This document shows, one piece after another, positions 50,471-57,843 of a DNA stretch of 64,000 nucleotides (positions are counted from its first letter, which is position 1; each line of letters begins with the position of its first letter). Source of the DNA: a virus (taxonomy: Duplodnaviria; Caudoviricetes); IMG/VR virus record IMGVR_UViG_3300027715_000010, positions 30,379 through 94,378 of that record; one strand, written 5' to 3'. The position numbers and the translations under genes are program-made. The notes below the pieces were generated by a model. The model searched no databases, was not told where the DNA came from, and was given only the letters and a program-made list of their open reading frames with translations.

Positions 50471-50681
50471 TTTCTAAAAGTATAGACTCATAAGCGGAAA
50501 TGGTATTAACTAAACGCTCATAGTCTTCTATTGAAATAGTTATACTAGGTTCTTTCAATACTCTAGCATTATTATTTATTGCCAGTGTTTCAAGATAGTC
50601 TAGATACTTAATATCATTAGCAAGATCCAGCAATTCATTAAGACCTTTATACTTAACTACAACTTCTTTTGGATCCATCAT
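50430..50681 (-). CDS. Hypothetical protein
   Basis: Packed ORF. Confidence 0.6.
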   Translation of the reverse strand: MMDPKEVVVKYKGLNELLDLANDIKYLDYLETLAINNNARVLKEPSITISIEDYERLVNTISAYESILLENGIVYHKEGEEND

Positions 50682-51238
50682 TTTTTATTCTTTTCACTCA
50701 TAATGATATTATCAATAGCATTAGTAATAGCACAATGCAAATATATTTTAAGTGCTGATACACTTAAACCAATATATCTACGTGCTTCGTCTATATCTAA
50801 TTCATCTAGTTTTATATTATGCTTATGTTCTAAAATGTCAAGTACTTCTTTCTCAAATAGTGTATAATTTATATCTAATGTCATATTAGAAACATCAGTT
50901 GTTAAATTACAGTATATAAAGTCATTAAGACAGTGTTTTTCAATGGATTTATAATGTTCGTCAAGTATATTTACTCTAACAAACTTATTCAACATATTGA
51001 TACCAAAGGACTTTTCAAGGTCAAAGATAATCTTCTGAGGATATTCAAATGCTAACTTAATGATATTACCAGGAATTGCTGGATTGTCTTGAGTTAGAAC
51101 CATACACGGTACATCTCGTTTTAATTCTTTCTCTATAACAAAGTCCGGGCAGAACTTGGATCTAATCTGGATTTTGTGGTTTGGATAACATTGTAGATAC
51201 TTTTTGACTTTATCTACAAAAACTTCATCTATAAACAT
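50678..51238 (-). CDS. Hypothetical protein
   Basis: 186 aa; AGGGG RBS upstream. Confidence 0.7.
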   Translation of the reverse strand: MFIDEVFVDKVKKYLQCYPNHKIQIRSKFCPDFVIEKELKRDVPCMVLTQDNPAIPGNIIKLAFEYPQKIIFDLEKSFGINMLNKFVRVNILDEHYKSIEKHCLNDFIYCNLTTDVSNMTLDINYTLFEKEVLDILEHKHNIKLDELDIDEARRYIGLSVSALKIYLHCAITNAIDNIIMSEKNKK

Positions 51239-51269
51239 ATTTTCCCCTTTCGTAATAAAACATATTTAC

Positions 51270-51298
51270 TATATAAGGCATTAAGTCCGAAAAGTCAA
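51270..51298 (-). promoter_or_regulatory. Possible sigma70-type promoter TTGACT-N17-TATATA
   Basis: Intergenic; same -35 hexamer as at 55649 and 57317. Confidence 0.4.
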
Positions 51299-51307
51299 TT
51301 ACTATTA

Positions 51308-51904
51308 TTAGAAATCTTTCTTCAAATTATCAAAAAATTGTTTTACAATAAGTTTGCATTGGTCATCTCTAACTTCAAGAAAGTTATAATACTTTTCAAC
51401 TTTTCTTTTAAGTTCCAGTTCCCACAATGGATCTTCTGCAAGTTTAGGTAGAAAATGGAATACTTTATCCAGCATAATGACAGTTTCTAAACTAATATCC
51501 CCGGCAATTACGTCTTTGATAAACTCACTACTTAGAATATAGTTCTTAAAACCTGTGATATTACCGACTTTATTTAGAAACTTTAGATTCTCTCTAAAAT
51601 GACCATATAGATCCGACCACTTTTTCTTTAAGTCTATGAATAACTTATGGTCATAGTTTGAAATAAAGAACTTTTCATTTTCAAGAAAGTTAGCAATAAA
51701 GCCAATTTTAATATCTTCTACTGTAGTATGTAGTTTCATTACTCTAAAGAAAAAGTACTTCTGCTTATTGGAATTAATAAAAGCTACTTTATCTTGAATA
51801 CTCTTTACTCTACCTTGATACTTAAAGTAATCATAACTAGAAGAAAAATGCATACGCAAAGGAAAGTATATAGCATATACATCATAAGCATTTACATCAT
51901 CCAT
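51308..51904 (-). CDS. gp59: Helicase loader gp59
   Basis: AYDVYAIYFPLRMHF..YDYFKYQGR, ISLET. Confidence 0.88.
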   Translation of the reverse strand: MDDVNAYDVYAIYFPLRMHFSSSYDYFKYQGRVKSIQDKVAFINSNKQKYFFFRVMKLHTTVEDIKIGFIANFLENEKFFISNYDHKLFIDLKKKWSDLYGHFRENLKFLNKVGNITGFKNYILSSEFIKDVIAGDISLETVIMLDKVFHFLPKLAEDPLWELELKRKVEKYYNFLEVRDDQCKLIVKQFFDNLKKDF

Positions 51905-51911
51905 AATAAAC

Positions 51912-52559
51912 TCACTTTCTATATAATATATCTGGTCCTATTTTTGGAAAGCAATCTAAAGCACTTTCTGGATTGCAGTTATAAACTTTAATGCCTGCTT
52001 TTTCTAATGGTTCTACTGTGGTTCTAAACTTTCTTAACCAGCGTTCTATCTGCACATCCATTGCCGATTTTTCACAAGGTGCTTCATTATGCCACTCGGA
52101 TTCGTTATTCTTACCGGTACTCATATCATATCCAAGTAAGTAAATCTCTTTTGCACCTAATCTAGCAGCGACATTAATTGCTTGGTGACCGGAGTTATTA
52201 CCACAGATATAATCTTCGTGTGCTGGATCCATATCTATTCCTTCGTCACGAGTTAAGTTCATATAGTACTTTACCCCAGCTTTATCCCAATATCCATAAG
52301 CAATATGCATATCTTCCCAGTCTAAATGACCAGTAGAACTAAGTGTAGTATTTTCTAATTTTACAAGATCTCTTGCTGCCATAATGTAAAACGGAAGATC
52401 TGAGAAGTGTATATGGTCACAGTGCATTAGTTTATATGCAAAGTTCAATCCCATTATAAAATACTTATCAGTATCTATTTTACTAACATCAATTTCTTTT
52501 AATGACGGACCACCACCAATTATAATAACTGGTTTGGTTATTTGTGGAAGATTTATCAT
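51912..52559 (-). CDS. MptE/Maf-like (DUF115, sialyltransferase-like fold) protein
   Basis: IIIGGGPSL, GNNSGHQAIN, GAKEIYLLGYDM, VYNCNPESAL. Confidence 0.75.
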   Translation of the reverse strand: MINLPQITKPVIIIGGGPSLKEIDVSKIDTDKYFIMGLNFAYKLMHCDHIHFSDLPFYIMAARDLVKLENTTLSSTGHLDWEDMHIAYGYWDKAGVKYYMNLTRDEGIDMDPAHEDYICGNNSGHQAINVAARLGAKEIYLLGYDMSTGKNNESEWHNEAPCEKSAMDVQIERWLRKFRTTVEPLEKAGIKVYNCNPESALDCFPKIGPDILYRK

Positions 52560-52816
52560 ACATCAAACCTAAATGTTGTTGGTTTCTTTAATAGTCTTAA
52601 ATCAATAGCTTCAGATTCTAGTTTACTCTTAATACCATCTGATAAGTTATCTTTAAGTACTTCAAGATCCATATTGTTTTCTTGAGCATAGATTAGTACA
52701 GCTTCTATATAAGTTGTGTGTTTTTTATTGATAATTTCCATAATATCGTCTGTGGACTTATCTATTACCTGTCTGGTAATAAAATCAGCATCGTTTATAT
52801 CAAGCATTATCTTCAC
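52556..52816 (-). CDS. gp33: Late transcription coactivator gp33
   Basis: TYIEAVLIYAQEN...IKSKLESEAIDLRLLK; near gp59. Confidence 0.85.
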   Translation of the reverse strand: MKIMLDINDADFITRQVIDKSTDDIMEIINKKHTTYIEAVLIYAQENNMDLEVLKDNLSDGIKSKLESEAIDLRLLKKPTTFRFDV

Positions 52817-53753
52817 TCTCCAACTGTGTTGAAACTTGTTCTATTGTTTTAAGAACTGTATCTATACTTACATTTTTATTTATAAATGTAATTCCACAAG
52901 CTTCACTGTGTCCACCACTGGATTGAATAATATCTGGATACGTTGCCTTTAAGTATTCAATACGTTTACCCAAGTTTACTTTTTCTTGTCTGCTTCTAAT
53001 AGAGATGCTATAATACTCACCAGTTGGCCTATTTACAAAATAATAATATCTATAACCTTGCTTATAATACGGCACATAATTCATAATAGGTATTTCTACG
53101 TTATCAGATATTGAAATAAGTCCAGTTTTACCTACATCTGCGTATTCTGTTTGTTTTTCAATACAATGCTTAACTTTGATGCTGTAATCAATGATATAAT
53201 CTTGTTCGTCAACATTAAAACCATTAAATCCATTTGAGAATCTTTTCATAAAGTCTCTTGAGTGATACTTCCAGAATAATGTGTTTAGTCCGTCAGCGTT
53301 TTCCCAATCTTCACTATCATCTTTTTTCCATAGGTCAAAGATATTGGTATACTTAACTAGAGACTCATATTTTATAAGACTTGGAAAAGTATCTATATGG
53401 TCATCATAGAAAATCTTAGCACCACATTTATCTTTATTCCAGCTCATAAAGAACTTTTGTGTCTTTGCGGTTAAGTATTTTTTATAGAAATCTTCTGAAT
53501 TCTGATGATGGTCATATAAGTAAATCTTATCAAACACTTTAAAGATCTTAATAAGCTGGTCTTTACTAAGGCAAAGATCTGTAATTACGATCTCGGTCTC
53601 TTTTGTTTTTAGTGTACAAAATTGTTCTATAACACCATCTAGTTTGACAAGACCCATAGCTTTTGACATATCAAATCTACCGTAAACTTCAGTAGCTAGC
53701 ATTTGACACACGATACCGTCTAGGTCATAGTGTGTTAGTAAATACTTTTGCAT
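52800..53753 (-). CDS. DHH/DHHA1-family phosphoesterase (NrnA-like)
   Basis: THYDLDG, TDL, YDHH, ISIRS, SGGHSEACG. Confidence 0.88.
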   Translation of the reverse strand: MQKYLLTHYDLDGIVCQMLATEVYGRFDMSKAMGLVKLDGVIEQFCTLKTKETEIVITDLCLSKDQLIKIFKVFDKIYLYDHHQNSEDFYKKYLTAKTQKFFMSWNKDKCGAKIFYDDHIDTFPSLIKYESLVKYTNIFDLWKKDDSEDWENADGLNTLFWKYHSRDFMKRFSNGFNGFNVDEQDYIIDYSIKVKHCIEKQTEYADVGKTGLISISDNVEIPIMNYVPYYKQGYRYYYFVNRPTGEYYSISIRSRQEKVNLGKRIEYLKATYPDIIQSSGGHSEACGITFINKNVSIDTVLKTIEQVSTQLESEDNA

Positions 53754-53764
53754 AATATAACTTT

Positions 53765-54403
53765 CTATATAAGTGTTTCTAAGTCCCTATACTCAAAACA
53801 AGTTAAGGCACTGTCTCGGTTGCAGTTATAAACTTGTATTCCTAGATTGTCAATATCTTTTTTCGTATTTATCCAATTTGGTATCATTACCTGTGAATAA
53901 CGAACTGGATTAGTAAAACGTTTATGCTCATCGTGCCAGTTATTATGACCATTGGTTGGTTTCATATCAAAACCAACTAAAGCAATCTTCTTATATCCCA
54001 TTTTTATAAGTACATTAAGTGCTTGAAGACCAGCATTATCTCCACCAACTCTATTTGTTTCCATATAAAGACCATAAGCACCAGCTTTATGTTGATATTC
54101 AATACCACCAGAATTCCTCCACATTTCAACATTATAAGGAACTCCGATATTACCGTTATAAGGTGCAGAGCAAGTCCAGTAATTTTCTAAAACGTGGTCT
54201 TTAAACTTTGGATTTTCATAATGCCAAGTCCACCAGACAAAGTCCGAGAAGTGGCTAAGCACCGTCTTCTTGAATAGTTTATAAGCATTATTGGTTGTGG
54301 CAATATCCTTATCCATTAATAAGTTAAGATTAACTGTTGATAAACTTGGACCACCACCAATTAAATATACTATGTCCTCCATTATTCCCCCGTTATCTAT
54401 CAA
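53765..54403 (-). CDS. Second MptE/Maf-like protein
   Basis: YLIGGGPSL, GGDNAGLQALN, GYKKIALVGFDM, VYNCNRDSAL; start may be the internal MEDIV. Confidence 0.75.
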   Translation of the reverse strand: MIDNGGIMEDIVYLIGGGPSLSTVNLNLLMDKDIATTNNAYKLFKKTVLSHFSDFVWWTWHYENPKFKDHVLENYWTCSAPYNGNIGVPYNVEMWRNSGGIEYQHKAGAYGLYMETNRVGGDNAGLQALNVLIKMGYKKIALVGFDMKPTNGHNNWHDEHKRFTNPVRYSQVMIPNWINTKKDIDNLGIQVYNCNRDSALTCFEYRDLETLI

Positions 54404-54683
54404 TTTGTTCTATAGATTCTATCTTATTATTCTTAAGAATTGCATTATAATACTTTTCAGAAGAAAGATCTTTAAATCTTAGAAAACTAATCATATTGGA
54501 AAGTTCTTCTAAATCATAATTACGTCCAACCCCAGTCATTATATCTTCTAAAGTGCCTTGGTCAAATGCAAGATGAGAAGAAACAAAGGTATCATTTTTT
54601 AAGTAGTCTTTAAGTAAGTCATAATAAAAATTGACAGTTTCTTCATAATGCACTCTAAAGCCTTCTTTTACCACGAATTTCAT
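54393..54683 (-). CDS. Hypothetical protein
   Basis: AGGTG RBS; packed ORF. Confidence 0.65.
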   Translation of the reverse strand: MKFVVKEGFRVHYEETVNFYYDLLKDYLKNDTFVSSHLAFDQGTLEDIMTGVGRNYDLEELSNMISFLRFKDLSSEKYYNAILKNNKIESIEQIDR

Positions 54684-54693
54684 TGTATCACCT

Positions 54694-54966
54694 TTATCGT
54701 GCTATAGCTTGTGCCAAGTGTTTTAGATATGGTGTTATTTTTTGATTTTGAAAATCAAGCTTAACTAGCATATCTTTAATACGGCCTTGCTCTGCACTTG
54801 AAGTTGCTTTCATAGCTTCTATAACAGTTTCAATAGTCATAAAATTGGTTCCTGATTTACCTTCAACTGTGAAAGATTCATCTGTATTAATACCTTTTTC
54901 ATCAATAAATGTATCTAACCATTTATTAAAATTACTATCTTCATTTATTAATTTTACTTTATACAT
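54694..54966 (-). CDS. Hypothetical protein
   Basis: GGAG RBS; WLDTFIDEKGI...LVKLDF motif. Confidence 0.7.
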   Translation of the reverse strand: MYKVKLINEDSNFNKWLDTFIDEKGINTDESFTVEGKSGTNFMTIETVIEAMKATSSAEQGRIKDMLVKLDFQNQKITPYLKHLAQAIAR

Positions 54967-54975
54967 TTTATACTC

Positions 54976-55431
54976 CTAAAATAATTCTAGTTTATTGCTT
55001 GAGAATAGTATACTTTCAGATCTTCTACGATTTGTCAAGCCTTTTAATTCTTTACCAGCAGCTTTATTCCATTTAAGAAACTCTGTAGATGCTTGTGTAA
55101 AGTTATTCTTGTTAATACACTTTAATAATGTACTCTTTGAAAAATTGGTTATTCCGAGGTTATAAACAAAAGAATAGATAGCATCCCACTGGTTTTGTGA
55201 TAAACTAGTTTTTATACAGCTAACTAATTGTTTTTCAATCATATTAACTTCTTCCATTAGATAACCAGATGCTTTCTGCTCTGTAATTACCATACCGGTT
55301 GGAATAGGTTTACCACCGATACGAGTAGTTCCATAACCAATAGTTGGTACTCTTGCTGGACAAAGATAAGTAGAAGGATAGAATCCCTCATAGTGTTTTA
55401 TTAGTTTTAGACCAATATCTGATATTTTCAT
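54976..55431 (-). CDS. Endolysin, GH24 lysozyme
   Basis: LIKHYEG...YLCPARVPTIGYG, QWDAIYSFVYNLG, GLTNRRRSE. Confidence 0.93.
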   Translation of the reverse strand: MKISDIGLKLIKHYEGFYPSTYLCPARVPTIGYGTTRIGGKPIPTGMVITEQKASGYLMEEVNMIEKQLVSCIKTSLSQNQWDAIYSFVYNLGITNFSKSTLLKCINKNNFTQASTEFLKWNKAAGKELKGLTNRRRSESILFSSNKLELF

Positions 55432-55449
55432 CTTTTACCTCTATGCCCG

Positions 55450-55483
55450 TATTTATAATATATATTATCGTTTAGATTGTCAA
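55450..55483 (-). promoter_or_regulatory. Overlapping sigma70-type (TTGACA-N17-TATTAT) and late (TATAAATA, 55450-55457) promoters
   Basis: Both consensus elements read directly upstream of the endolysin. Confidence 0.7.
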
Positions 55484-55604
55484 GCTTAATCTATAATTTA
55501 ATATATATTATCACTGAAACCAAGGGGCTTTCGTCTTAACTATTTGATTTTATTAAAGAAGAATATTTATTTTCGAAAGTACCCCGAAAAAGCACTTCAA
55601 CTTG

Positions 55605-55690
55605 TATAAATACGCTCAAGTATGATTAAAAATAATTGTAAAAAAGACTTGACTTATGATTAAATAGTGATTATATGATATGTATAAATA
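55605..55690 (+). promoter_or_regulatory. Promoter cluster for the large RNA: TATAAATA (55605-55612, 55683-55690) and TTGACT (55649-55654)
   Basis: Two exact late consensus boxes and a -35-like hexamer, all pointing into a non-coding region. Confidence 0.65.
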
Positions 55691-55695
55691 TAAGT

Positions 55696-56335
55696 ATTAA
55701 GTTTTAAGACATACCGGAACCACGAATAAAAAGTCCTTTTCCGGAAAGGCATCCGCAGCAGTAGGAGCAATATGTAGGCACTGCGTACCGTCTAAGGCGG
55801 CGAACGCATAAATAGCTGTCCATAAAGGCCTGGTCGTTGCGGGATACTATAGATTGGTGCGAAAGTACTATTTTTGGGAGTCAGCCCCCAGAAGCATTGG
55901 ACAAACGGTCCAAGTTCTATAGCGCATAGCAAGAATTGAAGAGTTGAAGTCTATGTGAAATCAAAAGTATCTCCATTAGTAGGACTGGTCTTACTGTGGA
56001 TCTAGACTTATGTACATTGGATTCAACATAGGTTTAGTGAAGCGGTAAATGTCAATGGTATTATTCAATAATGTGTCGTAGTTATGTAAAAGTATTTATC
56101 CAAAAGTACTTTACAAAGTCAAAGGGCATTATACCAAGGGGATGGAGATTCCAAAAAAAGATTGTGGCATCTGCAAGGATAGCAACCACATAGGTTATAA
56201 GAATACTCATAATTCTTAAATTTCTTATAACTGACCGAGACTGTTTAGCATATCAAAGGATAAAATATGCTAACTATTTGTATATCAGATAACGGCACAG
56301 AGTTTCACCGTTAAAACAACGAACCTGATAATTTA
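55696..56335 (+). ncRNA. Large structured non-coding RNA, class unassigned (ends approximate)
   Basis: No ORF of 60 aa or more; visibly GC-richer than flanks; more than 12 stems by eye, with GAAA/GCAA tetraloops and G-U pairs on the plus strand; nested multibranch helices. Confidence 0.75.
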
Positions 56336-56339
56336 AGAA

Positions 56340-56814
56340 TAACCGCAACAAAATCAAACAAAAATCATCAATTTTTAAAAAAAAGAATAAAAAATCAAAT
56401 TCTGGGTATTACCAGAATACTATTTGGACTATTAGACGATCAAAGAATTGATCAATGAAGAGAACGAAAAGAGAGAGTGCGAAGCGAAAGAGTGAGAAAC
56501 TGAATCGATCAATAAATGATATATAATATATTCAATAAAATGGCGAAAGCCAAATAGATAATAAATAATATAAACTATATTTGAACAACCATATACAATT
56601 TAAAGATTGGCGAAAGCCAAAGACTTAAATATACAATATAATAAATTAAAATACAATTTAATGAATCAAAATTAATTTGTATTGATAATTTAGATAAAAA
56701 TCAAAAGGCCTGAAATCTATCCTTTTTTTCTCCAAAAAAGTATTCAAAATCGAAAATTCAAATCGACTTATCTTCAATAGAATCTTCAAATGAATATATT
56801 TATCTTCAATGATT
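56340..56814. other. Candidate replication origin / DNA-unwinding region
   Basis: A-rich strand-biased tract; GCGAAGC (56479-56485), TGGCGAAAGCCA (56541-56552), TTGGCGAAAGCCAA (56607-56620), TCTTCAA x3 (56771-56809); near uvsY and the switch in gene orientation. Confidence 0.5.
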
Positions 56815-57285
56815 CTATTCAACAGTTTTTCTTTCAATATAGAACTTATCAGTAAGAGCAAAAGTAGAAGTAAATATGATCGGTTCTTCAGGAGAAAGAG
56901 TCGACGATAGTTTCAATTCAGATAAAGAAGTTGGAAATAGATTAGTAAATGTTATTACAAAGTTAGGATTCTTAGCATTAGTTTCAATAATAAGTTGAGC
57001 ATCAGATCTCATCTGCAATTTATTATTACTTGATACACAGTTTTCCATCCATAGTTTTATACTTTCATAAGTCTTCAAGTCTTCATCTGCAATAAAAGTA
57101 ACTGTCAAGTCCGCTAAGTCAAAGTTATCTCCTGGAGCTTTCATTCCAAATGCTCCAAAGTTCTGTATATCAATTCCAGTTACCTTCAAGGCTGGTAGAG
57201 AGATAGACTGTATCATAAACTTTACTTCAGGAATATGATTAATATGCAGTCTAAATCCATTTGGACTCAAGTAATTCTTATTCAT
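56815..57285 (-). CDS. gp3: Tail tube terminator gp3
   Basis: NYLSPNGF, LP, PGD, LTVTFIADEDL..Y..WM, F.NLFPTSLS. Confidence 0.92.
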   Translation of the reverse strand: MNKNYLSPNGFRLHINHIPEVKFMIQSISLPALKVTGIDIQNFGAFGMKAPGDNFDLADLTVTFIADEDLKTYESIKLWMENCVSSNNKLQMRSDAQLIIETNAKNPNFVITFTNLFPTSLSELKLSSTLSPEEPIIFTSTFALTDKFYIERKTVE

Positions 57286-57316
57286 TAAATAACCTCATCT
57301 TTTTTCAAAATAACTA

Positions 57317-57345
57317 TTGACTTTTAGTCTAATCATATTTATAAG
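57317..57345. promoter_or_regulatory. Plus-strand TTGACT-N17-TATAAG (uvsY) overlapping minus-strand late promoter (57336-57343, gp3)
   Basis: Both elements read directly in the divergent intergenic gap. Confidence 0.6.
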
Positions 57346-57363
57346 TTTATTCAGAGGTAGAAA

Positions 57364-57804
57364 ATGGCTTTAGAATCAATGAAATTAGAAGATATTCAGA
57401 GTTTAGCAGAGAAAGAACTTAGAATATCAGAAGACCTAGGATTGGAGTCCAAGAAAAACACGGATCTCTTTCTTAAGTTTCTAAAAATACACAGTACAGA
57501 GAAACTAGTTTTGCTTAAAATGCAAAATAGTTATAACAAATTGCTTTTACAGAGAAGACAATACTATCTTGGTCAAGGTTCGGTAGAAGATTACAGAAAA
57601 GAACCACAGGATATCAAAGTCTTAAGACAAGATGCAGATCTTTATCTTAATGCAGATAGTCTGGTATCCAAGGAACAGTTGGCTCTTGGTTTACAGAAAG
57701 AAAAAGTAGAATGTACAGAAGCTATTCTTAAGCATATACAGAACAGAGGTTTTCAGATCTCCAAGATGATTGAATGGCAAAAGTTTACTAATGGAGTTAA
57801 CTAA
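57364..57804 (+). CDS. uvsY: Recombination mediator UvsY
   Basis: YYLG, YLNAD, IQNRGFQISKMIEWQKF. Confidence 0.92.
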   Translation: MALESMKLEDIQSLAEKELRISEDLGLESKKNTDLFLKFLKIHSTEKLVLLKMQNSYNKLLLQRRQYYLGQGSVEDYRKEPQDIKVLRQDADLYLNADSLVSKEQLALGLQKEKVECTEAILKHIQNRGFQISKMIEWQKFTNGVN

Positions 57805-57843
57805 TGCTTCGCATAACCGATTTAATTTGCTCCCCGGCGGGTT

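Noticed and set aside
55720-56245. Group I intron-like words in the large RNA (ATCCGCAGC Q-like, TTGCGGGA P-like, GAGACTG R-like, AAAGTCC S-like)
   Set aside because: Their order (S, Q, P, R) is neither canonical nor a circular permutation, P7 would have only about 4 bp, and there are no flanking exons.
55720-56335. RNase P RNA resemblance (AAAGTCC near the 5' end, GTGAAGCGGTAAA internally)
   Set aside because: No 3' strand able to form P4 with AAGTCCTTTT and no convincing P1. An Rfam search would settle it.
55432-56814. tRNA or tmRNA genes
   Set aside because: No cloverleaf, T-arm GTTCRA consensus or tRNA-like acceptor ends recognised.
56658-56861. 67-aa minus-strand ORF overlapping the gp3 end
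   Set aside because: Low-complexity translation of the A-rich origin-like tract; overlaps gp3.
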